IMG/VR virus record: IMGVR_UViG_3300028800_000080
Strand: one strand, 5' to 3'
Source of the DNA: an uncultured virus (IMG/VR IMGVR_UViG_3300028800_000080)
Lineage: Duplodnaviria > Heunggongvirae > Uroviricota > Caudoviricetes
Length of the DNA: 20,000 bases
The position numbers were made by a program, and so were the translations under genes. Below, piece after piece: positions 8,709 to 16,434 of this stretch. Position 1 is the stretch's first letter; every line of letters begins with the position of its first letter. The notes beneath the pieces were generated by a model. It saw only the letters and a program-made list of their open reading frames with translations. It ran no database searches and was not told the DNA's origin.

Positions 8709-11462
8709 ATGCGAAACATATTCAAGACGCTGCTCCTCTCTTTAGCGCTTGTCACGATGGTGACGGGCGTTGACCGCGTACAGTATAAGACGGCACTACA
8801 GCTGCCCAGCAACTGGTTGAATACAGCTGAGGTCAACAAGACCGTCAACCTGGGACAGCTGGTTTGGGACGTAGTGGGGCGCGCCAACACCACAGGCTTC
8901 CTCTCTAACGTCGGCATCGTGCCTAACGGCTCCAACCTGAACATCAACGTCGGACCCGCAGTGACTAACAGCTATGGGAGCGTTTACCAGGTTGCTGCTA
9001 TTGACACGTCTGCCTTCGGTGACGGCTCGGGCCAGATTGCTGCGAACGCCAACCAAGTCTACCACCAGTACCTGATTAAGTCCACGCAAGTGCTTGGGCC
9101 CCTTACGGCTCCGTCCGGTGGCAACTCGGTCATCGACCTGGTTGAATGTCACGGCACTACGTCGGATACGACCAGCCAGAGCGTGTTCTTCAGTTCCACC
9201 AGCAACATTCGCACGAGCGGCACGGCCAATCGTGACCGAGTAGACGCGGGCAGCTGCCAAGTTAAGGCGGGCACGCCTGCCGGTAGCCCCACGGTCCCCT
9301 CTACGGACAGCGGCTGGTTAGCGGCGGGCATTGTAACGTTGCCTTCGGGCGTGACGTCTATTACGGGCGGCATGATTACCGTCTATGCGCAGGGTCTTAC
9401 GATTCCCGCAGGCGCGGCTAGCTCGCTCGCTCAGCCGGGCACGAACGTCACGGGCTGCTTTATTTGCTACGGCACGCTAGGCGTTGCCAGCACAGGCTTC
9501 ATTCGTATGGGCAACGCAGACACGACGGGCTATACGAGCCTCGCTACGGGTAATACCTCGACTATTGCGGGCGTCGTTGATAAGTTGCTGGGCATCGGTG
9601 ACACCGGTGTTGCAAAGGCGGGCCTCAATACTTCCGGTAGCTTAGGCTTGGCGGGCAGCCTCCAAGCGCTTGGCTCAGTTATCGCTGGACAAGCGACGGC
9701 AGCGACGGTCAGTTTTGGTGACCTCACAGCGTCCCGTTCATCGACCACCGGCGCTTTGGTGCTTGGTGGCTCCTCCTCTAACTGCGTATTCGACTATGGC
9801 GTAACGGCAAGCGGTGACCTCAGTTCCAACTGTTTGATTCAAGCTACTGGCGTCCAGCAAGTAGCTACCAACGTCACGGGCTGCTTCTTCTGCTACGGCA
9901 CGCTCGGTGCTACCTCAGCAGCGGTGCTACGTTTCGGCAATAACCTCACCGGCACGGCGTATACGTCCATCGGCGCTCCAAACAACGGTTCGGTCGCAGG
10001 CGTAACCTCCTCTCTCGTGTCCATAACGAATACGGGCACGAAAGTGGTCAACATTGATGGCACCGGCAACATCGGAACGGCTGGCGGTGTAACGGCTCTT
10101 GGCGCGATTGTGTCGGGTGGAACGGCGAACGCTCCTGCCTTCTCGTCAGGTGACGTGGTTGCTCTGCGCTCCACTACGACTGGCGCAATGTGGATTGGCG
10201 GCTCCTCGTCTAGCTGCCGCGTTGACTACCAGTTAACCGCAAGTGGCGCGATTGGGCTGAATTGCGGCTTGCAACTTAGCGGTAACGTCTATGCGGCGGG
10301 CGGCGGCGGCAACATCTTCTCGGACCAGACTATCGTAGCAGGCTTCTCCAATGGCAGCCCGCTAACTCTCGTGGGCGGCGACCTCGTGTCTACCCGTTCC
10401 TCCAGTACAGGTGAGTTGGTGCTGGGCGGCAGCGGTATCACCCACGGTAAAGGTACGCTTGACTACGGTATTCGCAGCGGTAGCGGCACGTTCACGTTCG
10501 CTGCAGGCACGGGCGTATACGCTCTGGGCCAGTTCTACCTCGCAACCAACACCGGCACAAACTACCCTACTCTCAACGCAGGTGACCTTGGAACGTCGGA
10601 AGGCGCGTCTAGCGGCCTGTTAGCGTTCGGCGGTTCTACTAACCAGTGTAATTTCGACTACGGCGTCACGACCTCGCAGGTGAGTACGCTCGGTTGTCCG
10701 TTCAATGCTTCCTCGTACGTGGTTGCTGGTTGGGCGACCGCAGCGACGGCGACGGCGGGCGACCTTGAAGCTTCCCGTGGCGTATCCTCAGGCGCTTTAG
10801 TACTGGGCGGCAGCACTAACTCTTGTCGCATCGACTACGGCGTCACTAATGGTGGCTTCCTTGGCGTACAGTCGGGCTGCAACTGGAAGATGGCGGGCAC
10901 TATCACCTCGGGTGGGCTCACGGACACGGCGCTGTCTTCAGCGACGGTCAGCATGCTCTGCGGAGCAAACGCTACGGCGGTGTCACAGTGTGCAAGCCAA
11001 TCGGTTCTCATGGCTTCGACGGGCGCGACGAACGCAGCAACCGGCACCTCAGCTAACACGTACGTCCAGTTAGGCGCTACGCAATCCGTTACCACCGGCA
11101 CTAGCCTCGGCACTAACGGTGAGTGGCTGATTACCGTCCATGAGTACGTGAGCGTAGCAACTTTGAGCGTAGGAGAAAGCGAGTACGGCTGCATACAGTC
11201 TAGCTCTACGATTGTGTCCACCCTCTACAATACTGTCGATGGCGCGACCGGCAACTGCCAGACGGCGCTCGCTAACTCCGTGGCAGGCGCTCCTGATATT
11301 GGTCGCAACACGAGTTCAGGCATAGGTAACCAGTCTAATATTGAAGTGGCTGTGCTGGTCGCCAACAGCACTACCTACTCAGCCAAGTGCTATGTTGCCG
11401 GCACCACGACCACGAGCATCACAATGTACGGTCATTGCACCATACGGGCAGAACCGTACTAA
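8709..11462 (+). CDS. Tail fibre / receptor-binding protein with predicted signal peptide and paired cysteines
   Basis: 917 aa, Gly/Ser/Thr/Ala-rich, last gene of the baseplate operon. Has a baseplate-attachment-type N-domain (VDRVQY...QVKAGTPAGSPTVPSTDSGW...VTSIT), internal repeats and 20 Cys. Residues 1-20 look like a Sec signal peptide. Confidence 0.85.
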   Translation: MRNIFKTLLLSLALVTMVTGVDRVQYKTALQLPSNWLNTAEVNKTVNLGQLVWDVVGRANTTGFLSNVGIVPNGSNLNINVGPAVTNSYGSVYQVAAIDTSAFGDGSGQIAANANQVYHQYLIKSTQVLGPLTAPSGGNSVIDLVECHGTTSDTTSQSVFFSSTSNIRTSGTANRDRVDAGSCQVKAGTPAGSPTVPSTDSGWLAAGIVTLPSGVTSITGGMITVYAQGLTIPAGAASSLAQPGTNVTGCFICYGTLGVASTGFIRMGNADTTGYTSLATGNTSTIAGVVDKLLGIGDTGVAKAGLNTSGSLGLAGSLQALGSVIAGQATAATVSFGDLTASRSSTTGALVLGGSSSNCVFDYGVTASGDLSSNCLIQATGVQQVATNVTGCFFCYGTLGATSAAVLRFGNNLTGTAYTSIGAPNNGSVAGVTSSLVSITNTGTKVVNIDGTGNIGTAGGVTALGAIVSGGTANAPAFSSGDVVALRSTTTGAMWIGGSSSSCRVDYQLTASGAIGLNCGLQLSGNVYAAGGGGNIFSDQTIVAGFSNGSPLTLVGGDLVSTRSSSTGELVLGGSGITHGKGTLDYGIRSGSGTFTFAAGTGVYALGQFYLATNTGTNYPTLNAGDLGTSEGASSGLLAFGGSTNQCNFDYGVTTSQVSTLGCPFNASSYVVAGWATAATATAGDLEASRGVSSGALVLGGSTNSCRIDYGVTNGGFLGVQSGCNWKMAGTITSGGLTDTALSSATVSMLCGANATAVSQCASQSVLMASTGATNAATGTSANTYVQLGATQSVTTGTSLGTNGEWLITVHEYVSVATLSVGESEYGCIQSSSTIVSTLYNTVDGATGNCQTALANSVAGAPDIGRNTSSGIGNQSNIEVAVLVANSTTYSAKCYVAGTTTTSITMYGHCTIRAEPY
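9444..10880 (+). repeat. Internal repeats of the tail fibre
   Basis: Two ~142-aa units start at TNVTGCFxCYGTLG (DNA similarity at 9444 and 9870). Five GD(L/V)x3(R/E)x4G..GGS...DY units start at 9717, 10149, 10377, 10581 and 10758. Confidence 0.85.
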
Positions 11463-11463
11463 C

Positions 11464-11937
11464 ATGTTCTTTCCGGGGGTAGACCCCTCCCATTTCGCTC
11501 CATTGTTCAATGGCCTCGGCATCTTATTTGCCGGCATGGCTGCGATTTGGACTACTGCGAGCGTGTTCCTCAACCGCCATCACATCTTCGACTATCTCAA
11601 GTCGAAGCGTGAGATGACTCGTGAGATTCAGCTATGGAAGTGGCGCTCCACGACGGCTACTGCCAGAGCGTTCGCAGCGGAGCAGCGAGCGGTTAACTGG
11701 GAGAGTGGGGCCGAAGGGGCGGCATTCAACCAGCGCGAAGTACTATCTCGACTGGAGGAGGTAGAGAAGCGTGCTAAACGGGCTGAGCAGATGATACCTC
11801 GTTTCGAGGCGTTGCTCAGGTTCACGAAGAAGCTCATCGAGCACACTAACTACCTTGAGCAGCAACTGACCAAGGCGGGCGTGCAGATTGAGAGCGTGAC
11901 TCCACCCATCCCCGATATTCTCAAAGGCGATTTCTAA
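11464..11937 (+). CDS. Lysis-cassette membrane protein (one TM + coiled coil; holin/antiholin/spanin-like)
   Basis: ATG 11464 is 1 nt after the fibre stop. Hydrophobic LGILFAGMAAIWTTASVFL is followed by a charged heptad region. Immediately precedes the endolysin. Confidence 0.5.
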   Translation: MFFPGVDPSHFAPLFNGLGILFAGMAAIWTTASVFLNRHHIFDYLKSKREMTREIQLWKWRSTTATARAFAAEQRAVNWESGAEGAAFNQREVLSRLEEVEKRAKRAEQMIPRFEALLRFTKKLIEHTNYLEQQLTKAGVQIESVTPPIPDILKGDF

Positions 11938-12371
11938 TGGCTACTTTAATGACGCGGCAGCAAGTCTGCGACTCCTTCGGTCTAATCAGTCCAAGCCAAC
12001 GCGCTGACCTGATGAATCCCAGCATTACGACGCTGGGGTTGATTGAGTTTCTCAGCGAGCTGTTCGAGCAGCGAGGCGGTATCTGGAGGGGTAAGCTCGT
12101 GTGCACGGCTGTGCACAGTGACCATCCGACCTACGATAGCGTCAACGGTCACAGCGGCGGCAACGCTATTGATATCTCCCAGATGTCCAGTCCCGACGAT
12201 GCGGTGGTGCACCTAGTGAAGGATATTCAAGCTTGTGAGATGGCTAAAGGTATTGGCCTTGGCGGCCCGTTCCAGGCGGCAGTTGCGACGTGCGGCCCGT
12301 ATGGCCCTGCAAGCAAACTGTTCGAAGACAACGGTACTGACCATATCCATATCCAAGTGGTTAGCTATTAG
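11937..12371 (+). CDS. Putative endolysin, M15/LAS-type zinc peptidase
   Basis: H-x6-D motif (HSGGNAID) plus C-terminal DHIHI (HxH). Flanked by membrane proteins. Confidence 0.7.
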   Translation: MATLMTRQQVCDSFGLISPSQRADLMNPSITTLGLIEFLSELFEQRGGIWRGKLVCTAVHSDHPTYDSVNGHSGGNAIDISQMSSPDDAVVHLVKDIQACEMAKGIGLGGPFQAAVATCGPYGPASKLFEDNGTDHIHIQVVSY

Positions 12372-12385
12372 GGTGCCGTTCAACA

Positions 12386-12589
12386 ATGCTTAATTGGCTA
12401 GTCTTGCTCAACACCTATATTCACGTCAAGGTGAAAGGCTCCATGGCAGGAGCTGCTGCAGGGCTCATAATTGCTTGGGTAGTGAGCATGCATTGGGTGC
12501 TCCCTTTCGCGGTCGCCTCAGCCATCATCTTATTATGCACCTTTCTCGGCGGCTATCTCCCCAGGAATCCCCCGGATAATCCCGAATAG
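12386..12589 (+). CDS. Holin (two TM helices)
   Basis: 67 aa: KVKGSMAGAAAGLIIAWVV...LPFAVASAIILLCTFLGGY with a short polar tail. Adjacent to the endolysin. Confidence 0.7.
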   Translation: MLNWLVLLNTYIHVKVKGSMAGAAAGLIIAWVVSMHWVLPFAVASAIILLCTFLGGYLPRNPPDNPE

Positions 12590-12596
12590 GGTCTAA

Positions 12597-13019
12597 GTGA
12601 CCCGTAAAGATTATCAGGCGTGGCAGGCGCAAATGGTGCGCAGCGCTGAGAAGATGAGTAACTGCTCACGTCGTCACGTAGCTTGCATCCTTTTCGCAGA
12701 CCGTAAAGACAGCCGTTACACCCTAGCTGTGAACGGTAGCATGATTCCCAAAGGCTGCGAACGTCCTACTGAGCAGGGTAACTGCGGATGTCTGCACGCT
12801 GAAATTCGGTCGGCTGTATTCTACTCGTGGAAGTATCCCGTGGTTGAAGCGTGGATAACGTGCGCCCCTTGCGCCCCTTGCGCTAAAGCGCTAGTGATGC
12901 TGCAGGACCATCGTCAGGCTATGACCGTCTACTACCTTGAAGATAGTCACCCTATGCTGGAAGGCTTCAAAGTGCTAGACGCTGCGGGCATAAAGCATGT
13001 GAAGTATGAGGGCACCTAG
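12597..13019 (+). CDS. dCMP deaminase family protein
   Basis: S.C.RRHVAC, NG, CLHAE and PCxxC zinc-deaminase motifs. Confidence 0.85.
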   Translation: MTRKDYQAWQAQMVRSAEKMSNCSRRHVACILFADRKDSRYTLAVNGSMIPKGCERPTEQGNCGCLHAEIRSAVFYSWKYPVVEAWITCAPCAPCAKALVMLQDHRQAMTVYYLEDSHPMLEGFKVLDAAGIKHVKYEGT

Positions 13020-13371
13020 CCCCCTTGAGCGAGCACTTAGGAACCGCATTGAGAAACGATGGAAGGACGCCGGTCTGTTCTACTGGTCTGTCAATGACGT
13101 TTTTGCCGCAGGGTTGCCTGATAGCCAGGGAATATTTCGAGGACGGACGTTCTATTGCGAGTTCAAAGGAGTTACTACCGTACTCGAACCTCACCAAGAT
13201 GCTTGGCTCAGGCAAATTGCCCTTCACGGAGGGGTTGCCCTCGTATGTCGAGCAGACCTTTCTTGCCCATCTCCATGGTATGCAAAGTACAGCGTACGAC
13301 GCCCTGATGGATGGGACCCTTGGATACCGATAACGGAGGATGTATGGTTACAACGCTTGCTGTGCTCATAG
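13006..13371 (+). CDS. VRR-NUC / PD-(D/E)XK nuclease
   Basis: GLPD...FYCEFKG...LEPHQ..W...I...GG pattern. Upstream of a SNF2 helicase, as is common in phages. Confidence 0.8.
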   Translation: MRAPSPLERALRNRIEKRWKDAGLFYWSVNDVFAAGLPDSQGIFRGRTFYCEFKGVTTVLEPHQDAWLRQIALHGGVALVCRADLSCPSPWYAKYSVRRPDGWDPWIPITEDVWLQRLLCS

Positions 13372-13586
13372 AGAACGTAAGAAGCGAAAAGACTGTCATC
13401 GATGACCTCGTAGAATATGTAGAATCGCTAATCGCCAATCAATCCATAGACGAACCTCTCGCATCAACTCTGCGACAATGTGCTTTGTATTACCGCAAAT
13501 CACGTGATATCTGGCGGAGGCCGATGCTCATCAAGAAACTGGAAGAATGGCAGCAAGCGGAGATAGACCAAAAGAGAAGCCTCTAG
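13344..13586 (+). CDS. Hypothetical protein (80 aa, helical)
   Basis: SD GGAGG precedes ATG 13344. Overlaps the nuclease stop. Confidence 0.55.
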   Translation: MVTTLAVLIENVRSEKTVIDDLVEYVESLIANQSIDEPLASTLRQCALYYRKSRDIWRRPMLIKKLEEWQQAEIDQKRSL

Positions 13587-13705
13587 GCCCTTGCCAGGAG
13601 TCACTGAAGCGGTACCTGGAGAGCAAGGACCTGGATGAAATCATCCACCGGCTGTTTAGACAGCAGCGACGATTGAAGCCTAGTGACGTTCACAAAGACT
13701 CCTAA
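13547..13705 (+). CDS. Small hypothetical protein (52 aa), not in ORF track
   Basis: MAASGDRPKEKPLGPCQESLKRYLESKDLDEIIHRLFRQQRRLKPSDVHKDS fills the gap between neighbours and overlaps both. Confidence 0.4.
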   Translation: MAASGDRPKEKPLGPCQESLKRYLESKDLDEIIHRLFRQQRRLKPSDVHKDS

Positions 13706-15215
13706 ACAGGAGCAGGCTATCATTTGGGCAAGCGAGCGCGACTATGCGCCGCTGTTCATGGAGACAGGCACCGGCAAGACCTGGGTGGCGCTTGAGCTAT
13801 TCCAGCAATGGATTGTGACTCGTGACGCCCGCATTGTCGTTGTGTGCATGAACACGCTTACCGAGAACTGGGTATTGGAGGCTGTGAAATTCGGCTACCA
13901 ATTTAAGATAGCTCGCTGCTTCGGCACTAAAGTGAACCGCCTTAAAACTATAATGGGGGCGTGGGACGTTATAGTTATCAACTACGAAAGTTTAAGGAAC
14001 CCCGAGATACTCGCAGCGCTGAAGGAGGCGCGACCACTTGGACTGTGCTTCGATGAAATCCAACGTCTTAAAGATAGACGAGCCAAGCAGACGAAGGCGG
14101 CTCGTGAGTTGGCAGAGGGAGTGGCGGCTCGTGGCGGGACGATTCTGGGTCTTACGGGTACGCCTGTCGTTCATTCGCCCCCGGACCTTTGGTCTGAGTT
14201 TGATGTGCTCTCCCCCGGAGAGAACCCGAAAACGCATCCATTGGGGTACGGAAATTTTTACGCTTTCGAGCAAGGAGTGGCTAACATCAAGCCGCATCCC
14301 CGGCTCGGCTACCGAGTTAAAATCTACGAGTACCCCGACGACAAGCTAGCTGAGCTCAAGCGGAGAGTAGCTCCGCTTGCTTTCGAGGCAAGCAAGGATG
14401 AGCTAGGCCTGCCGCCGCGCAACTTTCTGCCGCCGACCGATATCACGATGGGCGATGAGCAGGCGAAGGTCTACAAATCGCTACGTGACGACTACATCGC
14501 CTTCCTTACTGAGGCTCCCACACCGACCGGCGCCATAGCGCGGTTGAAAGAATGTGGTGTTTCCCCACTGGCAGGAAACGTAGCCGCCATGGACGCATTC
14601 CACTCCATCCCTGCGCTCCTGGGTGAAGGGTTGGACCGGCAGGTTTCAACTACCTTTCAGCAGGTCCTGCAGACCCGTTTGCAGCAGGTTGCAGCCGGGC
14701 ACATCCGAACGGATGACGGGCAGATACGCGAGTTGCCCAACGCCAAGATTGACTGGTTAGAGGACATGCTGCCTAGCTTGACCGCAGAGGGCTGGGACAA
14801 CAAAGTCGTCATCTTCTGTCGCTTCAAGTACGACGTTGCTAGGTTGAGTGTTCTCTGCGAAAAGTTGAGGTTAGGCTATGTTTCACTCTCGGGAGCAAAC
14901 AGCACCGATGCCAGCTCTATGGTCCACCGTTTCCAAACAGAGAAGCGTGTGCGTGTCTTCATCGGGAACGTCGCCATTGCCAGCGTAGGCATCACCCTCA
15001 CAGCCGCAAATAGCTGTGTATTTTACACCAACTCATTCAACGGCGAGCATCGACTCCAGGCCATTGATAGGGTGTATCGAATCGGCCAGAAGCGTGTAGT
15101 GACCTATTACGACCTGTGCGCAGCGGCTGTGGACCGAAGGATTTTGGCGAACCTTCACGAAAAGGATAATTTGGCCACGAAAACCGTGCGCAATCTATTG
15201 GAGATTATCGAATGA
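13683..15215 (+). CDS. SNF2-family helicase/ATPase
   Basis: Walker A METGTGKT, INYESL, Walker B FDEIQ, LTGTP, KVVIFC, GITLTAA, QAIDRVYRIGQ. Confidence 0.92.
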   Translation: MTFTKTPKQEQAIIWASERDYAPLFMETGTGKTWVALELFQQWIVTRDARIVVVCMNTLTENWVLEAVKFGYQFKIARCFGTKVNRLKTIMGAWDVIVINYESLRNPEILAALKEARPLGLCFDEIQRLKDRRAKQTKAARELAEGVAARGGTILGLTGTPVVHSPPDLWSEFDVLSPGENPKTHPLGYGNFYAFEQGVANIKPHPRLGYRVKIYEYPDDKLAELKRRVAPLAFEASKDELGLPPRNFLPPTDITMGDEQAKVYKSLRDDYIAFLTEAPTPTGAIARLKECGVSPLAGNVAAMDAFHSIPALLGEGLDRQVSTTFQQVLQTRLQQVAAGHIRTDDGQIRELPNAKIDWLEDMLPSLTAEGWDNKVVIFCRFKYDVARLSVLCEKLRLGYVSLSGANSTDASSMVHRFQTEKRVRVFIGNVAIASVGITLTAANSCVFYTNSFNGEHRLQAIDRVYRIGQKRVVTYYDLCAAAVDRRILANLHEKDNLATKTVRNLLEIIE

Positions 15216-15484
15216 GAAATAAATTGATGTTGGCGCTCGCGCTGACTCTTGCAGGGTGCGACCCTTACGCAAAGCATGACGCGCAGATTCAAGCTCAGTA
15301 TCAGACGGTGTTGAACCAGGTTCTCGTGAACACGTTCGGTGTCGTCTGCCCGGGTAAGCGCCTCCGTCAAAACGGGCTAGTGTTCCCGGATGCGAGCGCG
15401 AAAAAGGCCCCCAGCGTATACCCCGTCATCGTCATCTGCGCCAACGGAAAGACGTACAACGTTACAGGGTTGAAGACCAAGTAA
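15212..15484 (+). CDS. Predicted lipoprotein (90 aa)
   Basis: MRNKLMLALALTLAG-C has a basic n-region, an h-region and lipobox LAGC. Two further Cys in the mature part. ATGA overlap with the helicase. Confidence 0.75.
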   Translation: MRNKLMLALALTLAGCDPYAKHDAQIQAQYQTVLNQVLVNTFGVVCPGKRLRQNGLVFPDASAKKAPSVYPVIVICANGKTYNVTGLKTK

Positions 15485-15486
15485 CC

Positions 15487-15807
15487 GTGCCTAAAGTTTA
15501 CTGCGTCAACTGGATGGAGCATGACTTTTCTGATGCCAAACGATTCAGCTCTGAGCCTCTCGTATACGTCACTGAAGGTCCCGTCCCTTTCAACAGCCAT
15601 ACGGTATATACGATGGCACAGAAGCTTCGTGATTTCAGCGCCGACGACTACCTTCTTATATCTGGGAGCGCCGTGCTAGCTGCGATGGCCGTGGCTATCC
15701 TCAAGGAAACCAACGACATCGAGCACATCAACCTCTTGATTTACAGGCCGAGAGAACGTAAGTACCAGCCTGAACGGTTGAGCGGCTACGTGGAGTTTCA
15801 TGACTGA
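15487..15807 (+). CDS. Small alpha/beta protein, possibly CARF/SAVED-like Rossmann fold
   Basis: KVYCVN...HDFSDAKRF...DDYLLISGSAVLAAMAV...INLLIY...KYQP. The coding call is solid. The fold is an inference. Confidence 0.55.
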   Translation: MPKVYCVNWMEHDFSDAKRFSSEPLVYVTEGPVPFNSHTVYTMAQKLRDFSADDYLLISGSAVLAAMAVAILKETNDIEHINLLIYRPRERKYQPERLSGYVEFHD

Positions 15808-15964
15808 AGAAGAGCAACTGCTTGAGAAGTACGATAGAGAGCGTGAGGCTTTCATGGACCACTACCCTTGCGACGACCAATGTCACACTTGGATGGATGA
15901 GATACAGGAAATGGACGCTGAGTTGACCCGACGCGGAGTGACGCATAGAGGGTTCTATGACTGA
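15800..15964 (+). CDS. Small acidic protein (54 aa), not in ORF track
   Basis: MTEEEQLLEKYDREREAFMDHYPCDDQCHTWMDEIQEMDAELTRRGVTHRGFYD. SD GGAG, and ATGACTGA overlaps at both ends. Confidence 0.7.
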   Translation: MTEEEQLLEKYDREREAFMDHYPCDDQCHTWMDEIQEMDAELTRRGVTHRGFYD

Positions 15965-16430
15965 AGCCGAGGAGCTAGAGGCTCTACTCGCAGCAGAGGT
16001 TAACACTGAGCCGGTCGTCATTGACCCGAACAGCAACGACGAATTCCATAAAGCGTTGGTCCTTTGGGCCAATCTGCGCGATAGATTTGACCGGGTAAAG
16101 AAGGTCAAAGCCGACCTTGAGATAGCTGTGGACAACATGGCGCAAGCGCTCGCTGATGCGTTTGAGACTCGCAAAATGACCTCTATCACGGTGAAAGGTA
16201 TTGGCAAGATTAGCACGGCAGCCAATAACAATCCAAACGTGCTTGACCAGGACCGATTCTTCCAGTGGCTACGTAAGGTGGGCGAAGAAGGCATTATCAA
16301 ACGCACTGCGCATTACCTAACGGTGAAGTCGCTACTGAATCAACGACTAGATGATGGTAAGTCCATCCCGCCCACAGAGGTAGTTGAACTGACACAACGG
16401 CGGACACTTAAACTGAGCAGGGAGAAATAG
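15957..16430 (+). CDS. Phage replication-module protein (coiled coil + small alpha/beta domain), function unknown
   Basis: FFQWLRKVGEEGIIK.....TVKS...GKSIPP pattern resembles proteins found next to phage SSB-like genes (from memory). SD GAGG. Confidence 0.55.
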   Translation: MTEAEELEALLAAEVNTEPVVIDPNSNDEFHKALVLWANLRDRFDRVKKVKADLEIAVDNMAQALADAFETRKMTSITVKGIGKISTAANNNPNVLDQDRFFQWLRKVGEEGIIKRTAHYLTVKSLLNQRLDDGKSIPPTEVVELTQRRTLKLSREK

Positions 16431-16434
16431 TTAC

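Noticed and set aside
8709..11462. Many N-x-S/T sequons in the fibre; also possible DGR target
   Set aside because: The sequon number is about what the high Ser/Thr content predicts. No adenine-specific template/variable repeat pair or reverse transcriptase is present in the window.
11341..11463. TTG-start 41-aa extension of the lysis membrane protein
   Set aside because: It overlaps the fibre C-terminus by 122 bp. ATG 11464, right after the fibre stop, is more parsimonious.
12861..12883. 9-bp tandem repeat tgcgcccct
   Set aside because: It simply encodes CAPCAPCA, containing the constrained PCxxC catalytic motif.
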